Part shown: piece after piece, positions 51,320-64,000 of the stretch | Numbering within the stretch: position 1 is the first letter of the stretch | How the letters are laid out: every line of letters begins with the position of its first letter | Origin: Octopus sinensis | Lineage: Eukaryota | DNA length: 64,000 bases | NCBI RefSeq assembly: GCF_006345805.1 | Contig: NC_043006.1 | Coordinates: 83,018,001-83,082,000, forward strand | Direction of reading: 5' to 3' | Program-made: the position numbers and the translations under genes | The notes under the pieces: generated by a model | The model's input: only the letters and a program-made list of their open reading frames with translations | The model's database searches: none | What the model was told of the DNA's origin: nothing

Positions 51320-51424
51320 ATTGTAAAAAAAGGACAACAAACGATAAGGCAAGGCAAACATCTCAAGTCGTATACATTATTATTATTGGAAAAAATTCAA
51401 AGTCTTACAGCTGTTTCTGGGATA
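51116..51424. repeat. Perfect ~105-bp inverted repeat around a (TA)n spacer
   Basis: tatcccagaaacagctg...tttttacaatt versus aattgtaaaaa...cagctgtttctgggata. Confidence 0.9.
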
Positions 51425-51458
51425 TCCCCCGAGTATAGCATATTCCATCATCAGAGAC
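51402..51458 (-). ncRNA. Type-I hammerhead, canonical core (ACAGCUGU family)
   Basis: GUCU/AGAC, CUGAUGA, UGG...CCA stem II, GAAA, ACAGCUGU, GUA. Confidence 0.65.
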
Positions 51459-51761
51459 AAACAGGGAAAAATAGAGAAAATGAGAATAGTATGTATTAAT
51501 GAGATGACGGCATAGAGAAAGGAGATAAATGAATATGGAGATGGAGAGAGAGAAGAAAAAAGAAGCATAAAAGCTCATGGTTCAACTTTCCGATGTTGTA
51601 GAAACAAGAGCATAAGTCCTTAGGTAGTTCAAGTGCAGATGCTCTGTGGTAAGAAGCTTTTGGATTCCATAAGTTAGCTAATAGTCAAGTTCTGTGGTCG
51701 ATGTAATTGTTTATCCACTCCGTACACAGAAGTTTCAGGCTTTGTGCCTATAGTAGAAAGG

Positions 51762-51793
<32 letters not shown>

Positions 51794-52171
51794 CATTTTT
51801 ATTATCATCATTATTATTCGCTTTTTGACAACGACTTGCTGTAATGGAATATTTTAAATAGATTGAGGATTATATTTGAATTAATACGATGCAAAAAAGT
51901 TGCTGCAAACATTTAAGGGGACAGCTTTGAATCCCTCAGAGATTCGATTTGTATACTAGATTTCTGTCATTGTCAGGAACTGATATTTTGGCTTAGTTCT
52001 TAATCACATTTCTGTATGAGAATACGAAAAACAATTTACGAAGAACGCATAAGAGAATATAAAGGAAATCATTGATTATCACTTATAATCTTTTGGGGCA
52101 GAAAACTATTAATATAGTATTTCATGAAATTGGGTTAAACTTTCGCAGGATAATAATCGGAATATATATAT

Positions 52172-52215
<44 letters not shown>

Positions 52216-52332
52216 TGAAAGAATGGAGTCGAACGAAGATGTTAACAAAATTCCTTTACTCTCGACATATGTTTCGAAGACAGCATATTTTTATTCCGAA
52301 GGAATTTTGTTCGTTTTGTGGTTGAGAGAGGC

Positions 52333-52428
52333 TCCTTATCTTTCCTGATGAGAAGATTGCATAATGTACATTTTATTCCTACGGAATAAAAATATGCGGT
52401 CTTCGAAACATATGTCGAGAGTAAAGGA
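52333..52428 (+). ncRNA. Type-I hammerhead, fully canonical core (ACAUAUGU family)
   Basis: CUUUC/GAGAG (plus UCCUU/AAGGA), CUGAUGA 52345-52351, GAAGA/UCUUC with long hairpin, GAAA, ACAUAUGU, GUC (cleavage after 52416). Confidence 0.78.
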
Positions 52429-52623
52429 ATTTTGTTAACATCTTCGTTCGACTCCATTCTTTCATTCATTCATATACAACACACACATTTCTACACAAGA
52501 AACCGGAGTTTCTACCCTTCACAGGTCGCTTCAACCGTGTTTTCTGACGTGAATTTGTTACCCAGGTTTCGGTTAAACGAATTCTCCATGCTGACGATAA
52601 ACATAGGATAATTCATTCACCTA

Positions 52624-52673
<50 letters not shown>

Positions 52674-53240
52674 ATCTATATATATATATATAATATATAT
52701 ATATATATTCTTTTACTTGTTTCAGTCATTTGACTGTGGCCATCCTGCAGCACCGCCTTTAAAAAACATGAAACGCTTCCCGAATTTGCGTGTCATCCAT
52801 GCGCGCACACATGCATTCATATACACACATATGGATATTTTTTATATAGGTGGAGGCGTAGCTGTCGTTAGATGTAAGTTTAACCACATTGTTCCGAGTT
52901 CAGGCCCATTATGGGCACCCTGGTCATATGTCATTCTCTGTCAAAGCTCTTTTATCACACATCCTGTGACCTCTTCAAAGTATACAGCGTGTCTACTCTT
53001 GTTCTGGTTAGTCCATTTTGTGTTTTTGTCATATCAAGAATCTTGCAAATACATAAACCTATATATATATATATATATATATACACGTCCAGACCCCGCA
53101 TACGCACTTATACTCTCTCTCACACACACACACACACCTATACATACCAATACGTACTAATACATACTAATACATACTAATACATACACCAACCCCATAC
53201 ATACGCACGTCCAGACCAATCTTACGCACTAATACTCTCT

Positions 53241-53275
<35 letters not shown>

Positions 53276-53508
53276 ATACATACTAATACATACACCAACC
53301 CTATACATACACACATCCAGACCCCTCCCATGCACTTTTAGCTGGTCCCTCAACCCATTTATCAACCCTATTATCTCCCCTTATTTCGCTCTCGCGTCTC
53401 ATGTTTGATCTTTGACCTCTGGCCGAAATCAGATCGCCATGTTGATTCGTTAGCTACTGCACGCATTTTTTTTCTCTCCCTCTTTCTGTGTTTTTCTCTC
53501 TCTGTGTA

Positions 53509-53546
53509 TCTTTCTGTTGAAGAGCGTAGGCTCGAAACGTTAAAGA
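53509..53546 (+). ncRNA. Minimal type-I hammerhead (ACGU family, A6 to U)
   Basis: UCUUU/AAAGA, CUGUUGA-A, GAGC-GUAG-GCUC, GAAA, ACGU, U17. Confidence 0.45.
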
Positions 53547-53636
53547 CTTGTTTTATTTATATTTCCTGAGCGCCATACTAATACGTTTGTTTTCCACCTG
53601 CCTTCGTCTTTTGTTTATTTTCATAAAGCTTCCCGT

Positions 53637-53692
<56 letters not shown>

Positions 53693-53698
53693 ATATAC

Positions 53699-53925
53699 TT
53701 GTTAAACAGGACAGCAAACAATAAAGCACAACAAATATCTCAGGTCATATACAATATTGTTATAGGAAGAAATTCAAATTCTTACAGCTGTTTCTGGGAT
53801 ATCCTCGAGTATGGAATATTCCGTCGTCAGAAACAGGTGTAAGATTTTGAATTTCTTCCTGTAATAATATTGTATATGACTTGAGATGTTTGCCTTGCCT
53901 TAATGGTTCCTGTCCTGTTTAACAA
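53699..53925. repeat. Fold-back element (ACAGCUGU family) with a minus-strand hammerhead motif at ~53780-53833
   Basis: Arms ~53699-53796 and 53828-53925. CUGACGA...GAAACAGCUGUA on the minus strand. (TA)n at both ends. Confidence 0.7.
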
Positions 53926-54051
53926 TTATATATCCACTGGATCGGAAATCTGCAATGGCTCCATGACTACCGTCTCGGCTATAACCTTTGAGCCCTTGTA
54001 ATCTGTTACAGCACTTATATATATATATATACATCTGCTCGGTTCGGCTGC

Positions 54052-54094
54052 TCTACATTGATAAAGGGCATATACCCTGAAACTAGTCTGTAGA
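54052..54094 (+). ncRNA. Minimal type-I hammerhead with U3:A8 core
   Basis: UCUACA/UGUAGA, UUGAUAA, AGGG-CAUAUA-CCCU, GAAA, ACUAGU, GUC (cleavage after 54088). Confidence 0.75.
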
Positions 54095-54287
54095 TACAAG
54101 ACCAGCAAGAGGAAGCGGCTGGCCTCCCTTATTCGAAGGTTATAATGGACACTTGTTCGTGTGTCACATGGCTAGCAAGAGGTGATGGCCTCTTGGAGCT
54201 AATCAACGGCACCATTCGTCCTATTTTTCTGGACTGCCATGTTAGCTTGGCGATAACTATTAATGTGTGTGTGTGTGTGTGTGTGTA

Positions 54288-54510
54288 TACCCGAGCGGAT
54301 GCTGAAAATTTTCCTGGCTTTAGGTAAAACAAGATACAGGGGGATCAGTTAATTATGATATTTATTCAACATATTCCCCTCTCAGATTATCACTCTTACT
54401 GCGGCGATCCTTCAGTGTTTGCAAGCCCTGTAAAAAAACTCGGAAAGCGGGGCCTCTAACCAGGTCTTTCGCGACACCCTCAAAGCCAGGAACTTTTCAG
54501 AACCCACATC
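54288..54510 (-). mobile_element. mariner-like 3' end with TIR
   Basis: Minus strand GGG GAA TAT GTT GAA TAA (GEYVE*). Paralogous to 8987-9215. Confidence 0.55.
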
Positions 54511-54745
54511 TGTGAGGATATATATGTGTGTGTATGCGTGCGCGCGCCTGCATGTGCATGTGCGTGAGTGCATCTGTCCGTATGTTTATATAATAATAAT
54601 TGATGAAGGAAATGGAAGATAGATTTCGTGTGTGTGGGTGTTTAAGTAAGTATATAATCGATTCTGTGTAAAGCTCAACTATAACTTTTGGAATTTGTCC
54701 CTTAAAAGTCTGTTTCAGACACTGCCCTTGAGGCAAATAAAAGAA

Positions 54746-54791
<46 letters not shown>

Positions 54792-54962
54792 TATTATTAT
54801 TATTATCATTATTATTTCATCTTTGCTTTCATTCTTTCGGGGTCAATAAATGAAGTACCAGTGAAACATTGGGGTCGATGTAATCGACTATTCTCATCCC
54901 CGCAAATTTCAGGCGTTGTGCCTTTAGTAGAAAGGATTATTATTATTATTATTATTATTATT

Positions 54963-55415
54963 GAGTGAGAGAGCAGTGCATGCCATGAAAGGGACACTGG
55001 GGTAAAATATACGAAGCCCAGTATACCCATCATGACAACCCGTCCGATAAGGGTACATCAGGCACATGCATCACAACCATATGTGCGCGACATGGTGATC
55101 TTGTATCAAGATAAACAGCACATGACCTTGCAGGTAGGGCCCAGTTAGAATTTTCTTCAGGTCAAGTAGCCCATCCCGCTCAAAAGGTCCCTGAATAAGG
55201 GTTGTTTAAGGATGTTGAAAGAACCACCCATGTTTCCAGAGGTGAATTATTCAAACCCCAAAGAATCCCTCTCAACACATGGCTATGATGCTCCCCCACT
55301 ACTTCTGCTCGTGATCAGAGATGCACATATCATCAGCCACAAAGGGACATGCTCAACTGGTTAAGGTCAAACAACTGACAAGCAAATCTGTGGTATTGAG
55401 CAGAATATTTGCTGT
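54963..55415 (-). mobile_element. 5'-truncated ~555-bp retroposon
   Basis: Same 3' terminus. The 5' side abuts the TAA tail of the R4/Dong LINE. Confidence 0.82.
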
Positions 55416-55444
55416 TATCATTATTATTATTATTATTATTATTA

Positions 55445-57810
55445 TCATTGTCATTTACTTTTAATCTGCATGTTTGATGCAATCACCTGCCGGGGCACAC
55501 CCAGCGCCCTAGGGCAAGTGAAGGTTAAGAGTTGTTGAAATATAGCTGAAAGCTTGGGGAGGGGAAGTAGAGAAATATCTCCATGTAATACAAACACAAA
55601 CATTTACATTGATAGGGTTTTTCTAAGGATGTGGGCAGTACTTGTTAGCACAATCTTTTGGATTTCCTTGAGACATGGTTTTCCAGGGATATTGTCTAGG
55701 TGTTTCTGACATCCCTTTTTTATCATACCTACAATAACAGGAACAGTTTTTGTTTTAAGATTCCACATCCTCTGTATTTCGATTTCCAGGTCCTTATATT
55801 TACTAAGTTTGTCAAATTCCTTTACAGATACATTTTTATCAGTGGGGACGCTTACTTCTATTAGTCTGCAGGTATTTTCTTCCCTGTCTTTAACAATTAT
55901 GTCTGGTCGATTAGCCTTGATCGTTCTGTCAGTGTTGACTGGAAAATCCCAGAGGATGGTGACATCTTTACCTTCAACAACTGGCTGAGGATGGTGTTCA
56001 TACCAGTTAGCAGGAGTGTCGGATTTGTAGTGTTTACATATCTTCCAATGTATATACTGTCCTACCCTATCGTGGCGATTTTTGTATTCGTTTGGTGTCA
56101 GCACAGGACATCCCGAAACGAGATGGTCTATTGTTTCGTCAAATGTGTCACAGAATCTGCATTTAGGGTCAGTACCGTTTCGGAGAACGTTAGCCTGGTA
56201 ATTTCTGGTAAACAAGCTTTGATCTTGTGCTGCCATTATGAAGCCTTCAGTCTCTGCTTTCAATCCAGAACTCTTCAGCCACTGATGGGTTGTTGCTTGG
56301 TCTACATCAGCATTTTGGCTTCGGAGAATGTATTGTCCATGCAGGGGCTTCTGGCTCCACCGCCTCTCAATTTGATTCTGCCCATTCTTTTTTGCAGTCT
56401 GCCTGATTCGCTTTGCTTGCTTGGTAGCAGTGATTTCCGGCTCTTCATCTGATTCAAGGTTAATGTCTAGTTCCCTTTCGAACTTATAAGCTTCCTTGAC
56501 AATAGAATGCAGCTTTTTGCTGCTTTCGTGTTCACACACAAGTCGCAGCATCCAGTCTTTTGTACTAGATAGGTACCTGTTCATTCCTACAGTAGAGGTC
56601 TATAGCACAGCTCCAATTGCATCATTCCTCTCCCCCCGCTGCTTCTAGGTAGGTACAAGCGGTCTACATCTGCCTTAGGGTGGTGCATGCTCCTGGATGT
56701 CAGTAACTTTCTTGTCTTCCTGTCCAAGCGTTGGAGTTCCGTAAGGTTCCAGTTAATGATGTTAAAACTGTACTGGACTACTGGAAGTGCCAGGGTGTTA
56801 ATGGCCTCAATGCAATTTTTGGAGTTGAGTTCAGTCTTCAGTACAAGCCTTATTCTCCTATAGTACTCCTTTCTTATTTTTTCCTTCATAGTAGCATGAT
56901 GTATACCATCTCCTTCGTTGATTCCTAGGTATTTGTAACTTTCTTGTGGGTCAAGTTCCTTGATGGTAGTGTCAATATCTAATTTAACAGAAGCTGTTTG
57001 CCTGAGCTTGCCTCTTACAAAAGTTGCTTTAGCACACTTATCAAGGCCAAACTCCATTCCGATATCATTGCTAAACTCTTTAACAGTTGTTAGCAGCCCT
57101 TCTAGCTCTTGGTCATTCTTGGCAAACAGCTTTAGATCGTCCATATAAAAAAGGTGGTTTATTAACTTGCTAAAAACTTTGTACCCATATCTGGCACTAT
57201 CCAATTCGTTTGAGAGTGGGATCAGTGCCATGCAAAAAAGTAATGGAGAGAGGGAGTCACCTTGAAAGATGCCTCGTTTGATGTTGATGCTGTTGGACTG
57301 GCTCATCCCATTACTATGGCTTAGAAAGAGACGTGTGTTCCACATGGTCATGCTATTCTCTAAGAATTTTGAGACGACAGGGGAGATCTTGTATATCTCA
57401 AGGACCTTGAGTATCCATTTATGTGGGACACTGTCATACGCTTTCCTGTAGTCTATCCATGCCATACTCAGGTTTTTGTTTTTGCTCCGGCAATTCTCTA
57501 CAATCATTCTGTTTATGAGCAATTGGTCTTTGCACCCATAAGAGTTTCTTTTACAACCTTTTTGAGCTTGTGGAAGGATAGAATTTTGTCCAAGGAAAGC
57601 GTAAATTCTCTCCGTTATTATGGATGTGAGGATTTTGTAGGTGGTGTTGAGACATGTTATTGGCCGGTAATTCTTTGGGTTTTTTGTGTCTTCGGTTTTA
57701 GGTAATAGGTAGGTGGTTCCTTCAGTCAGCCAAGCAGGTATTTGCTCTGGGTTCTGAATGACATCAGACAGAGATGCAGCGAGATGTTCGTGTACCTCTG
57801 TCAAACAATT
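55445..57810 (-). mobile_element. R4/Dong-type LINE family 4: RT + CCHC + RLE, 5'-truncated, single frameshift
   Basis: YRPITCL, IDYRKAYDSVPH, RGIFQGDSLSPLLF, YMDDLKL (56587-57804). CRFC...HLVSGC and RPDIIVKD...KLSKYKDL (55604-56584). (TTA)n on both flanks. Confidence 0.93.
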
Positions 57811-58031
57811 CAGATTATTATTATTATTATTATTATTATGAAATAAATACTGTGAAGCATTGTGTAGAATATTCTTTAGAATATGTTACCGGTAGCATTC
57901 ATCAATTTCTTGAGTCTACATTAATTCACATATTCGTTTTCTTGTGATTTACCTTGTATTTACTTCGCATTGTTTTGGCCTTATCCACGATCTTTTATAC
58001 ATTATTATTATTGTTGTTGTTATTGTTGTTA

Positions 58032-58084
<53 letters not shown>

Positions 58085-58544
58085 GAATCGTTAACACTCC
58101 GGACAAAGTGTTTAGCGGTAATTTGTTCGTCTTTACCTTCCGAGTTCGAATTCCGCCGAGGTCGACTTTGCTTTTCAACCTTTTGGGGGTCCATAAAATA
58201 AGTACCAGTTATGCACATCGGGCCAATGTATTCCATTCATCCCCCTACTCCGAAATTGCTGGCTTTGTGGCTAAAACTTGAAACCGTTATTATTATTATT
58301 ACTATTATCATTATTATTATTATTGGTGGTGGTGGTGGTGGTGGTGTCTCCTTTGTTGTTGTTGTTTCCGCCATTATCGTTCTCAACGTCATCGCTTGTG
58401 GGTGATCCAGCGTTGTGCATCTGGGAGAGTTTTGGATTTCAACTTCCGTCTGACATCTTCCGTACAGTTTAGCTGGGTGGTCGCTAAAGAGGTGTTGACG
58501 AAAATGTTTGTGCAAGTGTGTGTGTGTGTGCCTTTAGGTATTTT

Positions 58545-58593
58545 TTCATTACATACATACATATATACATACGTACATACATACATACATACA

Positions 58594-58624
<31 letters not shown>

Positions 58625-59046
58625 GTACATACAAAATACATACATACGTACGTACATACATGCATACATACATACATACATACATACACACATACATACA
58701 TAAATATGTACGTACATACATACATACCTACATACACACATACATAAATATGTACGTACATACATACATACATACATACATACATACACACATACATACA
58801 CGCACACATACATACGTACATATATACATACATACATACATATGTACATACAATATACATATATATGTACGTACATACATACGTATACACATTCATACAT
58901 AAATACGTACATACATACATACTCACGTACATACATGCATATATACATACATACATACGTACATATATACATATGTACATACATGCGTACGTACATGCAT
59001 ACATACATACATATGTACATAAACTATACATACATACACACTTACC

Positions 59047-59077
<31 letters not shown>

Positions 59078-59925
59078 CATAATACATACACACATACATA
59101 CATACATAAATACATACATACATAATACATACATACATACATACATAATACATACATACATACATACATACATACATACATACATACATACATACATACA
59201 TAATACATACATACATACATACATACATACATAATACATACATACATACATACATAATACATACATACATACATACATAATACATACATACATACATACA
59301 TAATACATACACACATACATACATAAATACATACATACATAATACATACATACATACATACATAATACATACATACATACATACATACATACAATACATA
59401 CATACATAATACATACATACATACATACATACACACATACATACATACACACATACATACATACATAAATACATACATACATACATACATACATACATAC
59501 ATACACACATACATACATACATAAATACATACATACATAATACATACATACATTCATACATAATACATACATACATACATACATACATAATACATAAATA
59601 CATACATACATAATACATACATACATACATACATAATACATACATACATACATACATACATAATACATAAATACATACATACATAATACATACATACATA
59701 CATACATACATACATACATACATACATAAATACATACATACATAATACATACATACATACATACATACATACATACATACATACATACATACATAAATAC
59801 ATACATACATACATACATACATACATACATACATACATACATAAATACATACATACGTAATACATACATACATACATACATACATACATACATACATACA
59901 TACATACATACATAATACATACATG
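58545..59925. repeat. ~1.4-kb compound (TACA)n microsatellite
   Basis: Direct reading. The complementary (TGTA)n tract follows at ~60168-60440. Confidence 0.95.
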
Positions 59926-60206
59926 AATGCCTCCATACGTGTGTGCGTTAGCGTGTATACACGTGTCTCAGTGTTTCATTTTGTTAAGTCAATGAGGAAA
60001 AAGAAAGAAGTAAATGTGTTTTTTTTTGTCTTATATAATTATAGTATTTATTTTATATTCAACAGACTAATGGCGTGTTGTGTAAATGCGTGCGTGTGGC
60101 TATATGCGTATATAGTTGTGTATGTTTGTTTGTGTGTATTTGTGTACGTGTCTTTGTGCGTTTGCCTATGTATGTATGCATGCATGTATGTATGTATGTA
60201 TGTATG

Positions 60207-60267
<61 letters not shown>

Positions 60268-60513
60268 GTGTATGTATATATGTGTGTATGTATGTATATA
60301 TATGTATGTATGCATGTATATATATGTACGTATGCACGTATATGCATGTATGTATGTATGCATGCATGTATATATGTATGTATGCATGTATGTATGTATG
60401 TATGTATGTATGTATGCATACGTGCATGTATGTATGTAATGTATACGTGGTTTTATGTTTGTGAGTGGTTTTGCGTGCCTGTATAGACAGAGATAAATAA
60501 AGCACAAACATAC

Positions 60514-60570
<57 letters not shown>

Positions 60571-61227
60571 TAGAGAAAGACAGAGGGGAAGTGAGAAAAA
60601 GAGGAAAGGAGGGACGGCGATAGCAAAATGCTGAAAGGTTTTAACCAGGGAGGTGTGGATAGGTACGTGTATGCGTGTATGTTGTACGAAATGCCTGTGT
60701 GTATGTATAGGTATGCATATTTGTAAGTATACACACACACACACCTATATATATATATAGATATAGATATATATACATATATATATATGTATATATAATG
60801 CGGGTTGGAATGATTGAGAACGAGATAGTACTTAATAGGGCGCAAGACAAGAAGCCATGGGGGAGAGAAAAATGTAAAGATTTTGAGAATTGTTTCTAGG
60901 CAGTGTTGATATAAATGTATGTATATGAACGAGTATATATGAATGTACATAAATATGTATGAATGTGTCGTGCGTGTAAATGAGTGCACGCACGTGTGCT
61001 TCAGTTAAAAGGGCAAATATATATGTAGATACATAGACAGAGAGATAGATATATAAGTAGATAGAAAAAAAACCCCACATGGATAAATAAATATTCTAAA
61101 TCAAAAATTGTCACGTACGCGGCTTTAATAAAGTTTATTTATTTATATATCAATTAGTTCATATATCTTTATTTATTTATTTGTTTATTTGTTGTCAACT
61201 GTGAAAATCCATTAGTTGCCTACCAAG

Positions 61228-61410
61228 GCGTATGAGTGGCTGTGTGGTAAGTAGGTTGCTTGCCAACCACATGGTTCCGTGTTCAGTCCCACTGCGAGGC
61301 AGCTTGTGCAAGTGATTTTTACTGTAGACTCGGGCCAACCAAAGCCTTGTGAGTGGATTTGGTAGACGGAAACTGAAAGAAGCCCGTCGTATATATGTGT
61401 TTATATATAG

Positions 61411-61442
<32 letters not shown>

Positions 61443-61695
61443 TTGTGTGTGTGTGCATGTGTGTGTGCGTGTGTGTGTTTGTTTGTGTGTCTCTGTTTGT
61501 CCCCCACCCCAACATCACTTGACAACCGATGCTGGTGTGTTTACGTTCCCATAACTTAGCGGTTCGGCAAAAGAGACCGATAGAATAAGTACTAGGCTAC
61601 AAAGAATAAGTCCTGGGGTCGATTTGCTCGACTAAAGGCGGTGCTCCAGCATGGCCACAGGCAAATGGCTGAAACAAGTAAAAGAGTAAAAGAGT
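61228..61695 (+). mobile_element. SINE family B, full length
   Basis: GGCGTATGAGTGGCTGTGTGGTAAG head, GTTCAGTCCC B-box-like motif, internal (TA)(TG) microsatellite, tail (AGTAAAAG)2. Confidence 0.88.
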
Positions 61696-64000
61696 ACCAT
61701 GTCTAATAAGTTTTCCGATGGTTCTTAAAGGGTGGTAAATTATACCTCTTCCCCACCCAGGAGGTAAATTATGCCTTCTCAGTGGAGGTGTTTTCTAACT
61801 GTATTGGTTTCAAATTTTGGCACAAGGCCAGCAAGTTCGGTGGGAGAGGGAAGTTGATTACATCAATCCCAGCACTCAAATGATACTTGTTTTATCGACT
61901 CTGAAACGGGGAAAGGGAAAGCCGACGCCGGTGGAATTTGAACTCAGAACGCAAAGACGGACGAGACAGCGCTAAGCCTTTTGCCCGGTGTGCTAACTAT
62001 TCTCCCAATTCGCCGCCTTGGTTTGACTCCATGTTGATACATATTTGCATTTGATACAAATACATATTTGTTTGAAAATTATTATTTTAAAACAACCGAA
62101 GGAAATCTGAAGTTGGACTATTTTATCAATAAGTTGAGCACTTATTTTATCGAGCTTCAAAGGTTGACCCAACTGTTCAACTGGTACTTATTTCACCTAC
62201 CCCGAAAGGATGAAAGACAAAAACGACCTCGATGGTAATTGAACTCTAAGTATTTCGCCCGACGTGCTAACGATTTTGCCAGCTCGCCGCTTTATGCCGG
62301 TATATTATTAATAGATAATAGCGGAGGAGTGTAAAGTGGCATGGACATTGAGGTTTGTGAAAAGAAGGTCATGAGATAGGCAGAGTGTTGTCAGAACTCT
62401 AGAATACGAAATTTTCCAAGGGGAAGGAATTCAGAGCTCATAAGAGAAGGTAGCAGGAACCAATGGCTGAAGCTGGGGAGAAAGAGATATTCTTCAAGTC
62501 CAGAGAAAACGCGGAAAAAAAACAGAATGTTAAGACAAAGTACGCGTAAACCTAGGCAATGATTCAGAACTATTTTAGTGAAAGGTATCCAAAGAATGGT
62601 GAAAGTGTTACATTCAATCGTGTTGCATTCACGATTCTAAGATTGGAGTCTTAATCCCAGAACGGGCAATGCGTTGTGTTCTTGAGTAAAACACTTACTT
62701 TTACGTTGCTCCAGTCCACTCAACTGTAAACGAGTTTCAGCAATAGCTAGGAAGTTAACTCTACGATGGTCTAGCGTCCTATTCAGGAAAGGGAGTGTTG
62801 TAATGACAATCACTTACACGCCACGCAAACCGGATTAAGCTCCGTTTTATGAATCCTGAGGCTGAAGACAAACATAAGTCTTGTTATATGAGTGAGAAAG
62901 AGGTGGCATGAATGAAGGAGAAAAATGCGTAGTGAACGGGGAAAGAAGAAGTTAAGAATAAAAGTAAACGGTAGAGACAGTCGAAGTGTAAACAATGCCA
63001 ATATGGATGTCAAGTAAAGCGGGAAAGTGGAGAACCGGTGGTTGTGGAACGGGAAACAAAGGCTAAGACTGCACCAAGAAAATAATGAGATCCACAAAAT
63101 TAATGAGTAAAACTGGTTAAATATTGGTCAGTATTGTAGATCAATGGCTCTCATAACAGGTAGGGGTCCGTGATGATTGAAAAAGGAGTGTAAAAATTGC
63201 CGTGTTTATTATATTTGAGATGGATTTAAACTTTTAAACCATGTTGAAAAGAAGCAGAATTATATTGATGTAAAATCTATCTTGTCTTCTCTTTAATAAA
63301 AAGGTAGCCGGCTGAAAATGTTCCTTGATTTGTGTGTATGTGTGTGTATATGCATGTGTATATGTCCCTAGAGGTGCACTCGCGACATTTACACAAAATA
63401 GATCTATCAAATTCTTGTCTGAGAGCATCAGATGGCAAAATGACTAACAGTTAACATGTGAAGAAGTGGGCTGGAATTTGAGGCAGATTTCCGTGTATTG
63501 CAGAGCAGATGTTTCATATTGAAAGTGAGATCCTTTTAACTTCTGCCTGAAGTTATCATTATGAACACCACAGACTACAAGTGGTCAGCGAATTTGCTTG
63601 ATATGTTAAATCGTGTGTATCGCGGGAAATGGATTTGAAGGAACCGAGAGTGTTGCTGCGAATATCAGCGAGTTGTACTCAACACCACCTCACCATATTC
63701 AATATACATGCACATAACATTAGGCTAGAATAATTTAGTTCCGGCTACTAGATTGATTAGAGGTGGCAACTTATCACAGTTCTACTCAAATATAAATGAA
63801 TACTATAAGGATAAGCGGTACGTAATTAGTTTCTTATATTTCTTATTCGCGTTTCGATGTCTGCTATTATTGTAGTTGTTGCTATGCTAGTGAGCAACAA
63901 GTAACTCATATTGTGATATTGCGCTAAAATATTTCTAAAAATAAATGTTATATTTTGGGATAGTCATTTTTTTCTTGCTAAATAAACACACACACAATAC

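Noticed and set aside
58389-60989. Many long ORFs (MYVC.../YIHT... repeats), also at 7673-8233, 19671-19942 and 46325-46901
   Set aside because: Translations of microsatellites lacking stop codons; no domain content.

Overview
AT-rich, microsatellite-saturated eukaryotic DNA. The SINE families and repeat landscape suggest an octopod cephalopod (Octopus-like); this is inferred, not database-checked. One host gene can be assembled by hand on the minus strand (19459 to 2198). It has 5 coding exons with GT-AG introns and consistent phases, and encodes about 601 aa: a signal peptide plus three VWA domains with intact MIDAS motifs. A TATA box and Inr lie just upstream. The rest is mobile DNA: (i) four R4/Dong-type RLE LINE lineages and a non-coding ~555-bp retroposon, nearly all in (TAA)n tracts; (ii) Tx1/L1-like ORF2 relics and an ORF1-only (HAL1-like) 2.2-kb element with a 16-bp TSD; (iii) four tRNA-derived SINE families; (iv) mariner and Helitron-like fragments. 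The most striking signal is absent from the ORF track: about a dozen type-I hammerhead-ribozyme motifs with palindromic, loop-less stem III (Penelope-like/retrozyme type). They fall into at least five sequence families, many inside fold-back inverted repeats that end in (TA)n, and one family has a covarying U3:A8 catalytic core. All structures were derived by eye; activity is untested.
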